NCBI RefSeq assembly: GCF_009914755.1
Contig: NC_060930.1
DNA from: the human T2T-CHM13v2.0 reference genome, Homo sapiens
Direction: 5' to 3' (one strand)
DNA length: 64,000 nt
The notes under the pieces are model-generated. The model was given only the letters and a program-made list of their open reading frames with translations, was not told the origin of the DNA and ran no database searches. This document shows positions 1 through 16,329 of the stretch, piece by piece. The translations under genes were made by a program, and so were the position numbers. The first letter of the stretch is position 1. Every line of letters starts with the position of its first letter.

Positions 1-479
1 GACCTCTTCTCACTGACATTTTATGCTCCTGTCATGCTGGACTCTGCAGTTGCTGGGCAGTGTACCCGCATGCTTTCCTGCAGGCTATCCCATCTGACTC
101 TCTTCTCCTAAACCTCACCATATTTGCATGGGTAACATGTCCTCACCTTTTAAGAATTTCCTGAAGCTCTCCCTGACATCCTGATTCCTGAACAACCACC
201 CCTTTGTGCTCACAAAGGTCTTTGTAGTTACATTATTTATCATACAGTGTTTCCACTGAAAGTTTAAGTGCCTGTTCCCCATCGTGGCTCCTGAGTAGCT
301 ATGCAGAGGGCGTAGGGGAAGCAATCTGGTGAAACTGGGCCAAGGAGACTTGTCTCTAAGCTACATTGGCAGAGCAATGTTTTACTTAGATTATATCTAT
401 TTAAGATGGATTTAGGGAGGCTCAGGGAGATTATTGGAGAGAGGGGAAATATGAGAGACCCTAAGCACCTCTTGGCAGC

Positions 480-630
480 ACTGCTGTGTTTCCTCTACTG
501 TGGAGTGAGCTCCTGGAAAACAGGGACTCTGTCTGTCATCTGTGTGTTTCCTGAGCACCACATAGTGTGTGCCAGATAGATTGTATGCCTGCTACATAGT
601 AGGCTCTTAATAAATAAGAAGTGAATTGAG
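480..630 (+). mobile_element. L2 3'-end fragment
   Basis: gtgagctcctggaaaacagggactctgtct...cacatagtaggctcttaataaata resembles the L2 3' terminus. Confidence 0.55.
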
Positions 631-1629
631 GATTCTAGATGCTATTCATCTTCCCATATTAAATTGCTTTCAAAATGTAAATCCTCTGTGGCACTGAAGT
701 CTATTTAAAATATGCTCTTCTGCCAAATAAAATGTCTCCTCCAGGTGATTTGAGGAAGACATGTGGGCTCAAATAAGATTAAACCAAACCATTGTCATGT
801 ACATGTAAATATTGCATGAGTAACTAGTCTTACATTTTCTTCACTAATGGGGATTTATTCTAAGGAACTTTTTTGTTCAGTATTTTCTGATGAAGGAATA
901 GTCAGAAATATCAAAATCCTTCTTACTCCATTTTAGGCTGCCATTTTTTTCCTAAGAGCTGTTATACATTGAGCATACCTAAATTGCCTTTCTGAAATAC
1001 AGGAACACACTGTATTGTCAGTAAAATGGTCTGTGTTGATTAGTTTGTCTTTGGGGTGTACTTGATTCATCAGATGATGGAGATCCTGCTGGCGTTTCAT
1101 GCAACCTGCTATGGTATGTGGGCTTTATTGGCTTCCCAGCAGCGACACTGACACAAATTGTCAGATTTTATGGGCAGTTTTAAACCTAATGAAATACATC
1201 CTTGAGAAGCTTCCTTCACCATTTTAGTAGCTGTACAATTTGAAAGAAAAAAGTCAATGTACACCACACAGGGTAGTTCACTATTGAAATCATGGAGGAC
1301 AATGACAACACGCTTATTTTGCTCTTGAACATGCTGTCATTAACTGCACAATGGGATACTGATGCTGCCTCAGAGGCTGGTATTAATCTTTGTGCCAAAC
1401 CTTGCAGAAACTCTGTGTGCATTTACTGACGTAAGCATTGCTCTCCATCTCTTTGATCTTAAGATTACTCCTTTGGGGATAGAAGGTAATATAAGGCTGC
1501 TGAACTTAAAAAAAAAATGCTCAAAGTGAGTGAAGGTAAGAGATGTTCATTTTCTTCCAGTACTGAAAATTAAGAGTACAGACCCACATGCTATTATACA
1601 AGAGAAAGTAGTCCTATGACTGCTGGATA

Positions 1630-1765
1630 ATTTACATACATTATCTAATTTATCATAACCCTGGGAGAGTGGAAATATTGCTATTCTTATTTTACTAGTG
1701 AGAGACTAAGTGATTTGCTGGTTTTTGATCCCGGGTCTACATGAATACAAAGCTACATCTTTAAT
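1630..1765 (-). mobile_element. MIR fragment
   Basis: attattttactagtgagagactaagtgatttgc-like core followed by tttgatcccgggtct, resembling an antisense MIR. Confidence 0.45.
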
Positions 1766-4137
1766 TAGTTCTCTATAGGGTCTCAAAGCAGTCATTTTAC
1801 TAAATTTTTGATCTTTATTAAACATAGATGCAAAAGTAATAATAATATTTCCACAAATAAAGGGATGTTAACCAAAATTAACGTTCAAGAATCCTTTCAG
1901 TGTTTCTCTACCTCTTTAAATATTCCAGAAATGGTGATACAGTCAGGAGCAATATATTGCCAGGAACTTTGGCAGGACGAGAGATTACTTTTTGGATAGA
2001 ATCAGTTGCAGGAATTTTCCAAACGATTCACACAGCATCAACTTAATCTTCTGGAAAACATTTTAGGGACCACAAATACATATTGTACCCAGGATGTAGT
2101 GTACTTACTGCAGTGTGGTCTATGATTTTTCTTGGCATGCATAATTCAAAGACCCAGATAGAAATGACTGATTTTAGCACTTCTAACAATAAAACAAAAG
2201 CTCTTCTACAAGAGAATATCTTCATTCATGTTAAACATATCAATATCTCAAGTAAGTATGATGAATTTTGAGATAGGGATCATGCCATTGGGGTCTCATC
2301 TGGTGGTCATGGGGAAATGGTCCTCTTTCTTGGATATCTTTGGAGAGTATACTATTTGACTCTTTAGTCAAACTGAGGATCAGTATTTTAAAAGTCTATA
2401 AAATACTTAAGCCATCTTGTAGAAATAAATAGTCTTCCCACCCAGACCATAATCTCCGAAATAATTATTAGGAATTTTCTTTTTCTTTCAAACACTTTGG
2501 AATTATAATTTAGATTCTTTAAAAACTGAGTTTTATGACTGTTTTTTCAAAAAAGCTTCAAAATTTTGGCAAATGTTGCATTTTTTTTCCAATTAGGATA
2601 AGTAATTCAAAAAGTCACAACATGCTTCAGCCAAAAATCCATTGTGAAAATAGAAATTAGAAATGATCTTTCAAAAAATTAAGAAATCATTTTTTGAAAA
2701 AGTGTGGAGTCATTAATTAAGTGTTTGACCTTTTGTGCCTTCTCAAATGTCCATTTTCAAAAAGACAGATGCAGTTAGAAGGAAAAGACTATGAATGTAG
2801 GTTCAGGGCCAGAGGACAAAAACTGTTGAAATTGCCTTGATATAGATTCATAGATTGCAAATGAGCACTTTTTAAAATTTAAACCCTTGAATATGGTATC
2901 TCAGGCACAGAGTGAGTTCTTTATATATACAAAATGTGATTCTTACCGCCTACCAGCTGTCTTCCGATTTCACCAGATGACCTTCCCTATAAGTTTGACA
3001 CGTAACTCATAAAATGCATGGCTCTGGAGAACAATTATCATGACGGGAGTATGCTTTCTTGATTATATGGCAGGATCCTCTTTCCCACCTCTGCTTTTGA
3101 AGGATATTAAAGGTGAGATTAAAAATGCTCCAGTTGTTCTGCTTGTCTGATTGTAACAGTGAAGGAGACAAAATTGATTCTAGCTTATGGCTCAGTGTTT
3201 CAATGTTATTCTGCAGCACTTGTTTGCCAGCAGCTGTTAGGGATTATTGCAGGTTTCTTTGTCAGGAACAGTGTGGCAACAATAATAAATCAGATTTAGA
3301 CTGGCTACTGAAGGGGTTTGTTTAAAAGATTTAAAAATCTCTTCAGAGTCAAAGATGTTAATTCTACCTGGTGAACCAGAATGATCCTGCATATATCTTG
3401 GGACAGACTTATATTTTCTAAATCTGGGTAATGATCATACATGCACTGAAAAGAAGACCATCTTCTCCCAGAAATATACAACACTGAAAGATTCTCTACC
3501 AAACATGCATGAAAAGATAGCAAAGGTACAATATTTCTTTAATTTGTTTCTTTCCTCTTTCGTTTAGGTGAAATAGAGGATACAGCTCTGATCATTAGAA
3601 TTTCATATGGCAAACGCTCACACACATAGTGGATTTGAGGAAATCAATTTTCACTAATCTAGAAAATTCTCTCCTCAAGAGAAAAGGGATTTAAAAACTT
3701 TCATGATGTATTTAAATTCAACATATCTTTTGCCTACTTTAAATAGGGAAAAGGTGACTCTAAGGTCATAACGTGAAATTGACTTTACCCTTCCTGGTAT
3801 AGAATGGCATTTCACATTGAGAAAAACTAGGGAGAAGCACTGAAGAATTAATGGGCAGTGGGGAGAGAAATGTAGTTCATTACTTTATTATTTGTCGTGG
3901 TAACACATACTTTATACAATCTATCACTCCTACTTGTCCAAATATGTGTTTCTCCTGAGGTAAAATTTCAAAAATTCTAGATGATGTTTTGGAGGTTCTG
4001 TAGAGAAGGTGAATGGTATAGAGCTAAAGCAAATCTTGTATGATTTTTTTATTTAATATGTTTACTTCCTATACCTATGTCTTTACTGTGTATACATATA
4101 CACCCATATCCCTATATATTCGCGTGTTCACTTTTGA

Positions 4138-4464
<327 letters not shown>

Positions 4465-6342
4465 TAGAGAGTAACTGAAATTAACCACATACATCATTTT
4501 GGTGGCAAACCTCACAGCCACCAGTCATTTATAGTACCAAGTCCCTGCTCTTTGGGTAACAGTGGATAAGAAATGCTACACAAGCTCCTTATGTGGAGAA
4601 AAGACTGTTCTCCTATTTGGAAGCCTTGTGCCCATATCCATGCCCTTTGCACATTTATCAAATAACCGTGACTTGTCCTTTATGTTTTTTCAAGCATTTG
4701 TATCATTAGGCAAGGCTCTGCCTAATGGAAGAGATTTACTCTTACTCTGTGCCCAGGTGGCTCGTCCATCTCTGGGTATTTTCAAGCATTGGAGGTGGCA
4801 ATAGTGTGCTTAGCCTCAAGACTGAGCAAAGAAATGAACTTTCCAGAGATTACTCTTAAAATATCCCATTCTGAGAGCACATGTTTCTCTTAGTACTGTT
4901 TACTCCGGACTTTCAGGGTCAGTAGGCAAGCTTTTCAACAAATTTGGTTTCTTTTAAAAACTATTTTTGGTAGTTTTGTTAAATGTGTCTGGTAATTCAT
5001 TTTAAGTGGAAAAGGGATGGAGATAAAGGGTAGGTAGAATTGTAAATGTCCTAAGCCTCTTTTATCATCCTATGTTTTTGATAAGTTTTATCTGGTAACA
5101 GACAAACATTGTAGAAGCAAGAAGGGGTTTAATGTTGTTAAATAAAGAAAATGTATTAAAAGAGAAAAACGAGGCACTGGGCTCTTCTACTCTTGTTTAT
5201 ATTCTTCACCCTTGTGTTCCTTCTACTCAGGACTCCATTGTAAATGCTCAGGATTAATTTTTTTGTCATTTGATGCAGTTCTATACTGTACCTTGTCTTT
5301 CTGCAAAGCAAAGATAATATTGTAGTTTAAAACTTGGCTATCCACCACCATGAGGGAATATGCTTCTCTTATTTTTCTGCAGAAACATTTAAAATTTCTT
5401 CAGCTATATTTTGTACTTACCTGAATTTTAAAAATAGAATATAGATAATACATTTCCCTATTTTTGTGACTCACTCACTGTTATTAATAGTTATTTTTCT
5501 AATTTGAATATTATGCTTTGTTAAGTTATTTAGAACCACTTACCCCATCTGTAAATAACCCCGAACTCCTATACTGTCATCACCTTTGTTTCTTCTAACA
5601 TGTTGTAATGTAAAATCAAAATTATTAAGTTATAATTATTTATGATATAAGAAGTATTCTGTGGATAAAGTATACATTTATTTTGGATATTTAGAATAAT
5701 TTTTGTTTGTTTTTGGCATAATTCCTTTTTCTTGACTATTTACAGGAAATAGCTAGTTATAGGTTTTACCTAAGTCTCATTCAAGCTAATGGATTATGCA
5801 AATAAAGTTTGCTCACTGAAGGACAAGAATATTCTGTATCTTTTTTCTGGTTCTTCAAGGTGATAGTTCATAAAGAATATGTTCCATTGACAAAGTTAGT
5901 TATGTTTTTTAGCTTATTAAACTAATTTAAGGACAAAGAAGAGAAAATAATTTTCAAACCCACTGTGCTTGGCCCTCACTAATTATGTTTTTGCCTGTGA
6001 GATACGGATTTTGGAGGCTGTATTTGCAATAAGTGACACATACACAATTTATAAATGATAAAATATAAAATATTTGTCTTAAATAGGGAGATGCTGTAAT
6101 GTCTCTTTCCCCTCTTCAACGTATCATATTACAGTGATTCCTCAATGAGCAGCTGAATTTCCACCTGTTCTTGACGTATTACCTATCACCATCAGGCTAT
6201 GTTATGAAACTCACTTTTAGAGATAAAGCAAATTGTCCAAATGTCACCAATTATTGAATCTAAATGTGGGCATACAGGTTTTATTTGAAGCAGTCTTTCA
6301 GCTTTTCTATATGATTACATTTTTATTTAAAAATTTTGAATA

Positions 6343-7430
<1,088 letters not shown>

Positions 7431-9439
7431 ATCTGTATGCCATCTGTTCTGGCTATCTTACATTCGGATCCTGTGTATTTTTTACACTGGCCTGGAAAAG
7501 CTGGCAAAACCTAGAACTGCATTTGTCCCCTCTGCGTTTATACCATTTCAGTTGACAGGTCTAATTTTAAGTTCCACCTTTTCATAATTGATTATTCATT
7601 TGTACACAAGTATTTGTTGAGTACCAGAAATAGCATTTAGTTATTTCAAGCTTTAGTTTTTCATCATCCTATTCTCCAGATTTCAGCAGCATCAGAAGCC
7701 ATATAAACACTGCCTTCGGATGGCCCTTAGATGGCCACCAAGATCCCCTAGTTACATTTTCTGTGTACAAAGCAGAAGAAAGATGTCCTTCATTCTGTAC
7801 ACAGTGTGCTACACTGTGGTTTAGTTTATTATTAAAGAGCATAATTAAAAGAAAAAATATGCTATTTAGGTTTGGATTACTAATTTTAAGTTTAAATGCC
7901 TTTATATCATATTTCTTTGAAGCTAGACATGTATTCAAACCTCAGCTCCCCCAATAATTAGATATTTGAACATGGTGGAAATAGTGAACCTATCATCTTT
8001 AAAACAAAGGATATAAAATCTAATAGAGTGGATAACATGATTATAATAAAGATATAAAGATTATAAAATATTAAAAGTTCAATATTGTCATTAGACTCTA
8101 ATCAATAATGAGTATATCACGTATTATATTTTGACATGAAGAACTATCTAGCCTTAGAGCTTTGAAATATAACTAAGAAATCTATTAAAATAAATTAAAT
8201 AGAATATATTCCAAAGTAACTAATGTTTTCCCATATTAACTCAGAATAACTTTGTCTGAAATTAAACTGAATATATATCATTTATAAATACAAGCATAGA
8301 GTTTAAATTCAGGTAATCTTATTTGGATGTACAAACCGTGAATAGAGACATTAAGGAAAAGTAGTCATAATTAATTATATCGAATCTTCAGAGTTCACAC
8401 CATTCCTCTTCCTAAAAACACATACAGGTTTAGGCTGATCAAGATATCAATGTCTGCTCTGAGATCATCAAAGTAATGCGTCCATTCTAAGAAGCACTAG
8501 TGGCATATATGATCACGGTAGAAGAGCAAGAAAAGGAGCCCTCACTTAGAACCCCATAAGACAGGAAAGATACAGCATCAACCTGTCCTCTCCAGTTTAT
8601 CTGTGTTATGGATTGTAAGAGTGTTTTGAAATAATATTTTACTTAGTAAAGTAATATCCACAAGCATTTCACCATGAAAAACATTAAACATTTTAAGTAT
8701 ATAATATGAAATATACCATCTCTGATGATTATTTTTATTGACCATATTCTTGCCAACTCTAAGGTACTCTAACACTAGAATTTTAAACTTGTTATATTTG
8801 TTACTTTGGTACGAATGTCAAAGAAAGGTATTACCTGTAAGTATTAGAGCATTCCTCATTGTTCCTAAACAAAGAATTTCTTTTTATGTAGTCTGCACTA
8901 GGAATTGGAAATGATGCACATAAAATACAGCTTTTTAATCTGTGAGATTGTTTATGCATCTTAGGTTTGCTTAGTTTTGCAAATGCGTGCATTTAAAATC
9001 ACCATTTGTATTTTGAACTCTTCTGGCTTTTAACTGTAGTGGAAATTTGGATTGAAGACAATGGAAACCGTGAGGTACAATATATAAACTTGCATCCAAC
9101 CGAGAAAAACCACTACTCTTATCTGCACTTCAATCAGCAGGAGGTTCTTTTTCAGTTTGTTTAGAAAAAGTAGGGCCTGTCATCTGCATGGCATACAATC
9201 TTTACAAAGAAATTTTCTTTTGCCCTTTGTGTTTTAACTACTGAGTGCTGCAGAAACTTCTGTCTAACTGCAAAACAGTTTAAGGTATCATCTATGACAA
9301 TGTTAAAAGTAAAACCCAATCAAAGTTTATATTATCATGCATAATAGACCAAGCACCATTATCTGAATACCAAACGGGGCCAAATAATTCTCTATGATTC
9401 AGATGAGACATAAAAGTGCTTTAAAAACAAGTATGTGGT

Positions 9440-10110
9440 AAAAATCACTTTGGAAAACCTTTGGCATTATCTAATGAAATTAATATGTGCCTACTCTATG
9501 ATGTTGCAATTCAACTTGTAAGCATATACTCAAGAGAAATAGGTGCACATGTGTACAAAGACATATTCAAGAATGCTCATAACAGCACTATTAATAATAT
9601 CTAAAGCTGGAAATAACCAAATGACATCGCTATTGGCATGAATAAATATTTCATAGTATCATAATAATAGGAATACTATAAAGCAGTAAAAATGAACAAA
9701 CAACTGTTATACCCAACAGCACGGGTGAACCCTTAAACATAATCTTAAGGAAAAGAAATTAGACATAAAAGAGTATACAGTGCCTGATTCCATTCATATA
9801 ACATTCAAAAATAGATGCAATTCAACTTTCATGCTAGATAGAAGTCAGGATACTAGTTATCTTTGGAAAGGGTAGAGATAGGGAGGATTCTTAGTATGGG
9901 CAATATTCTCTTTAGATCTATATGATGGTTACATAGGTTTTTATATGTAGGTTATTAAAATAATATACTGATAATATGATCATACATTGAGGTTTTTATT
10001 TATTACAATAAGTTGAGATTATTCAAAGGTACATTTGTTCATTTTTCTATACATATATACATTATATATTACATATACATATATATACCAATTTTTAAAA
10101 TGTTCTAAGA
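9440..10110 (+). mobile_element. Old L1M (L1ME-like) 3' region
   Basis: cactttggaaaac...tactcaagagaaata...gaatgctcataacagcactatt...aaagagtatacagtgcctgattccattcatataacattcaaaa. Confidence 0.7.
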
Positions 10111-12987
10111 GAAAGAAAAGCTCAATAAATAAAAACACCCCATTTCCTTGTCACTAGAGATGAATTACTATTATGTTCAAATCGTATATACAGCATATTT
10201 TTTATATATGTATCTAAAATATGCTGAATAAGCAAATCAACAACTACATCTAGACTTCTGCATCGCAAACCAGAACTACATTTAAATGCATTTTATCTCA
10301 CACTTAAAGAATTAAAATAAAACTCTTTTCTGAACAATCTTCCAATATATTGACCATAAGTAAATGTAATATGAGTCAATTATTTTAACCGTTTTGTAAC
10401 TCAATGTCTGTTGGATTTATCTTGATTTTTATAAAGTTCAGCAATTCAATTTCCACATTTTCTTTTGTTTCTATTTTTGTGAGGCACTATAGTTTTTATG
10501 TAATAAATGTTACTGATATGGCCTCCTACTTAGAAAATGTTATTCATGAGAGTATATTGATTTTAGCAAAATTTACATATTTACATATGTACATCCACAG
10601 GTTTGCATATGTAAAAATATAGATTATTTACTTACTATTGAAAAAGTGTATTATGGAAGATAAAAGGTTTTCATCTCTGTCATACGACAGGTGAACTTTG
10701 GTAACATAAGGCCTAGCAAAGTTTTATTGATCTTACATATATATATATATAAAATGGTTTTTCATAATTTCATGGGATGCATCATCCAAGAGAATGATCA
10801 CAGTGATACTAATTACTGCCATTGACTAGCCACCTGCCACATGCCAGACACATGGTGACATGGCTGATGATAACATGTGATAGGTGTTTCCCAAGAGAGT
10901 CCCTTTAAACAAGGTTTTTTTCCTGTCTTCATATTGATGAAGTGTTTTTTCTAAAGCCATTATTTCATTTATTCTATGAAAGACAAAATTGGCATTTTAA
11001 AAGTAGAACACGGTCTTTTGATACCTGTCATCTGAGATACCTAAAGGATTTTTTTTTTAAGTTAGCATCAAGGGTAAATAATAACAAATGAAGTTATTTT
11101 ATGTTAGATCTTGTAGGTCTAAATATATGCACAGCAATATTTAACATCCTGAAATCAGAAATTTTGTTTCTGATGGCATCTCTTTCCATTATGTGATTTG
11201 AAACATTTTAGGGATATTTTCCTGTCTACTTTGCATGGAAAAAACTACAGACTTTGTCAAATCTAGTTGCCTTGGAAGAAGAATGAATAAGAGGAGATGT
11301 GTTAAACAATACAAAATATTTTTGCTATTTCAAGTTTGAATTGATTTTGAAATAATAGTTTCAGGCTAAATAATAAACTGTCTTTTTAGGAAACAAAAGA
11401 AGTATTTTAGAAAAAGACATTAAAAAGACTTTATTAAAATAGAGGACATGATGATCTTGTTTGTTGCTTTAAGCAGTTTATGTAGTAACTTTAAGGTGGT
11501 AGAAAGTGTCAGGAAATCAATTTGAAGGCAAATCTTCACATATGAAAAGAATCAGAAATGTTAACTCAGGTCTTAAATAAAAAGGAAGAATTAATATGAT
11601 ATATTAAAAGTGATACGAAAGTCAAAGGAAAGATTGATGAGACTTATTAATATGAAATGAGGTTTCTTCAATAAATATGTAAGTACAAAAAAGTTAAATT
11701 GTATTAAGAAACTTGAGATTTAAAAAAAAAAAAAAGCGAAGTATTTAAACTACCCCTCTTGAGCTCCCAGCCACATTCCTCTTAGTTGTCTAATAATAAC
11801 ACTTCTTGGCTATTTCACTGGATATTTCTAAATGATAGGGTCCTATTCATATATCTCAACTTGTCAATTTTTAATATCATCAATTGACATTCCTTTTTTA
11901 GAAATCATGACTTAGCTACTTATACTCCATCTTCAGTGCTTATCCTTCTAATGTAATACTATCATAATTTTATTTAAATACTATATGTCTTTTATGACGT
12001 AAATATTGTCTAATACTAAAACATCTACTATTCCATGTTTCTGTGTTTTATCTTAAGAGGTTAATTTTATTTGTTTATTTTTCCTGGGTCTTTAGCTTTT
12101 CTTGTATTCTTGTCCTATTTGCCATTATTATATTATTTTCCCACTAACATTTCAAAATATTAGTTATTCTAAATAGTCTGACTTTTCTTTAGAGTTCTTC
12201 ACTCAAAGTCCTCTATGTTCTGCCTGAATTAGGATTGATTATTCCCTATGCCCACTGTACTGTTTTTCTACATTGGATCTACCTTGTCAGGGATCCACAC
12301 CTTCCTCTTTCTTGGTTTACTTTCTCATTTTGCTGGAGCACATCCTCAAATGGCTTCTTAAGAAATATTACATGGGCAGTGAATTTTCTGAGTCCTTCCA
12401 GTTTAACTCATTGCAATATACAAAATGGCAGGCCCATTCAATTTATATACTTATTCCTTCAAGTTTTGGTAATTTATCTGCATTATTATTAAATAATATA
12501 TTAATATATTACTTAAAATATAAATTAAAACATAAATTCCTTCTAATTTCTCCAGTCTACTTTTTTGAAACTCCCATGAGTCAAATTTTTACCTTGTTGT
12601 ATTGGTGATTGATATTATCATTTCTCTCATATTTTCAGTATTTTTTTGTTTCTCTTTTGTGGGTGATGCCTTCAACTTTTTTGTCCAAGAGTCATATTAA
12701 AACTTTATTTTAAAAGATTTGTATTTTTCCCTTTTTAATATTATTCTATTTTTCTTCTTGAATCTCTTCAAAAATATTAATTAGCAGTTTGCTTTTAAAA
12801 ATATTATCAGTTTTTTAAATAAGCATTTGTCCTCCAGATTTTTTCCCCTGTTTAATGTTGATTCTTCTTTTCCATGAGGGACTATTTACGCAACAATCTA
12901 CATAATCTTTATTCCCTACTAACATTTAACTGTGATATCCTAAAATGGCCTGATTGAGGAACTGATTGAGATGATTAAGAGCTCTGT

Positions 12988-13304
12988 AGCAGGGCGCAGT
13001 GGCTCACGCCTGTAATCCTAGCACTTCTGTGAGGCTGAGGCAGGCAGATCACCTGAGGTCAGGAGTTCGAGACCAGCCTGGCCAACATGGCGAAACCCTG
13101 GTCTCTACTAAAAGTACCAAAATCAGCCAGGTGTGGTGGCAGGCACCTGTAATCCCAGCTACTCAGGAGGCTGAGGCAGGAGAATTGCTAAAAACTTGGG
13201 AGGCAAGAGTTGCAGTGAGCTGAGATCGCACCACTGCACTCCAGCCTGGGCGACAAGAGCAAGACTCCATCTCAAAAAGAAAAAAAAAGAAAAAAAAAAA
13301 AAAA
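12988..13304 (+). mobile_element. AluS, full length
   Basis: gggcgcagtggctcacgcctgtaat...cacctgaggtcaggagttcgagacc...long A-tail. Confidence 0.93.
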
Positions 13305-13471
13305 GAAGTCTGTGTATAGGGCAGGACGAAAGGTGATTTGGTAGAAAGCTAGCTGTTTTGCCAGGCAGCATTAAATGTAAGAATGTGCAGATTTTTTCCT
13401 CTGGGATCCTGTCATTTCTCCAGAATGGTAATCTCCATACTTATTCCTGGAGGAGAGGTGGTTACAAGTAT

Positions 13472-14117
13472 TCTGGGGCCACAACTATTCTTGGCCTTTT
13501 GTCTACCCCTGAAGTTTCCATCACTGGAATAAACTGGACAGTTAGACAGATTAACATGAGAAAAGGCATACACATTCATTACACGCACATGTACCTGGAA
13601 GGCAACAAAGTATGAGACTTAAAGAGGGGCCAGATGGTTGAAATTTAGATAGCATCTGGAGATACGGAAGGAAGGAAATAAGGACTTAAAGTCTCTTAGT
13701 AGGTGGTGGCAACAAGCTGTGGGAGTGTGAGGAGAGGAACTGCATGGCAAGCAAAGGTTGTCATATCATGAAGATAAAGTCTCTAAGGTAGCAATCCTCA
13801 GAAGAACACGTGAAAAGGTGTCCCAGGCGTGGTGTCCCGGGAGTTTCCTCTCCTGAGATAGGATTTAATCTTCTCTAGTTCATGTAGATTCCAGGGAAGG
13901 GGTTCATGACAATTACATTCCTTCTGGAGGAACTTCCCTTAGATAAGGGGGAACTTCAGAGAAAGCCTCTCCCTGTGCTTGAGGAGAGGCAGAGGGGCGA
14001 GAGATGGGAGTGGAAGGCAAGTCAGAGAGAACTTGGTTCTAAGGCGGCTTCTTTAGTCCAAAGTGCTCAGCTCCTCAAAGCGCCATACTTTGGAGTACTA
14101 TTTTCTGAGCCCTAACA
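13472..14117 (-). mobile_element. ERV1-class solo LTR, MER39/MER34-like
   Basis: Ends ...gcgccatactttggagtactattttctgagccctaaca, the reverse complement of a TGTTGGGGCTCAGAAAA-type LTR start. Contains agattaacatgagaaaaggcataca, which resembles the element at 51868. Confidence 0.65.
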
Positions 14118-16329
14118 GCCACAAATGGAAGAAGTATTCCCCTGTACAGAAAAGTTTGCATTACTTTTGTCAGATTATGTCTCTTAATATAATCACATTT
14201 TATGAATAAGTTTTATTTCACTTAACAGATTTATTTATTTTTTAAAACCACAACTTTAATTCCCAAGTAACTCTTAGAAGTTTCTCCTTTTTGGATTTTC
14301 ATTTTGATGTTTAGTAGGCTTAAATTCCAGTGTTTAACACAACCCCCAGCTTTTGAGTCACAGTTTATTTCATTATAGTAGACCCCTGATTGCCAAATTA
14401 CAATATCTTATGAACCGGGCAAAATGTTGACTTATTTAGGACATTATGTTACCTATTTATTCCAAAATATTTCATTTGAAAATCAGCTACATTCCCATGT
14501 AGACTTTTCTTTATACAAAAATTAAAATAATTACAGAAAGGTAAATTATTCTGATGCTAAAATTAGCCTTTCATTGATTTCAAGTAGATTGTAATTGGCT
14601 AGGATCAAATACATGCTTTATGTAATACAGTTTATTTCTTAAACTGATACAGAAAGTGCACATAATTCTGGAAGTAAAAATGTTCAAAAGCTAAGAAGCT
14701 CTCATGTTATTTTTCTTCAATTTGCTACAAACATATATAGAGTGTAGTTATTTTCTAGCCATAAGAATTAGCAGAAGCTTTGGAGAGAAAAGGTAGGAGA
14801 CTGAATGCCCTGAGCATCCCTTTGAATAGCTCAGGCAAGAAGAGGTGCTATTATCCCAGGAGGAGACTGTAAGTGACGTTTGTGTAATTCAAGTATGTCC
14901 TGCCTGGATAAGGACTTGTGGGTAAGGAAACAGAGTAGTAAATAGCCAAAGGGAAGAAAGTCAGAAAAGCTTGCTGTGTTCCTCCACTTAAATATATGTT
15001 ATTTCTTTAGGGACTGCAGGTTTTACAAAGAGATGAAGACTAATTCGGAATGCTACTTACCTCTGTTTCCAAAAGAAAAAGACTCCTCCAGAATGTGGTT
15101 TTAAGTAGGCCATGGACCAAAAGTAGGCCACAAGGCATGGCAGGCAGCTTTATGAACTTCAAGGTTCTAGGAAATTTCATCCATTGGAGAGTTCTCCAGT
15201 GCTTTAAACAATATTAGAAAGAAAACAGCGGTACAAATCAACCATGCTAGTAAAAATCTCTCCTGCAAGACATTACTGAGTGGTGAAGACTAAGTGGTTT
15301 TGCCATTGTTGTTGTATTGTTGGTTGGATGGTTTGCCTTGGATATTTGCTTGCTTCTTTTTTGTTGATTTTTAGCATATAAATAAAATTTATAAGCCCAA
15401 CAAAAGAAAAGAAAGCAATCTTTCAAGAGGCTTTAAGATAACATCATACATTTTCGAGGTTTTTAAGGCTGAGATTCTATTTTGTTTTACTTAAAAGGAA
15501 TGTTACAATGCTGTTAACGTTTTTGCTTATTCTACATTTTTGCTTATTCATGAAACTCGGGAGAAATTCTGTCTATTGGCAGGCTCTCATTGTGTATTCA
15601 TCACCACACTAACCACTCATTTACTCCGAAATTAAGTGCTCAGTGATATGCATGTTATAAATTCATTCTCAGTTGCAAAATTTTCTTGGTGCTTAAGAAA
15701 TTGTACTTTAATCGCTTTTAGCCAAAAAGTTTAGCAAAAATAGTACTTTGACATAGTACTGACAGCCTGTGCTTAGATTTTGATAAATGTGGACAAAATC
15801 AATAGATAGATGCATAAGGAGTGCCCAGATAAAATCATCATACTTCAAAATCTTTTTCTAACATAACTCACAGCTGTAGACTTTTCCTTTCAATAATAAG
15901 CAAAAACAATTTTCATAGCTACAAACCGCCGACACAACTTTCTATTCAAAGAGGACTTCTTTGCAGGAGGCAGAATAATAACTCAACAAAATAAATAGAA
16001 TCTCTAATTTCAAAATACTATTATCCCCAAAAGTAATGGGAATTTTAAAAATTATTTAGTGTCTCCAGTTTAGATATTTAAGAACACCACTCACATCTAC
16101 ATGCCAAATAAATTGACTCCACCCTCCACCCGTTATATCAGGGCCCCACTCCATCCATTGTCTTTTTTCTTAGTTATATCTTGATATGTCACCCTATTAG
16201 TTTTTTCCTTGCAGCATTTCACTTGCTTCTTGCCTTTTTTAAACAAAAATTTATGCACTACCCTCCCTGCATCCATGTTCCTGCTGCCTCATATTCATTC
16301 ATTCTTCAGCTGGTGGCAATCAGCATTCA

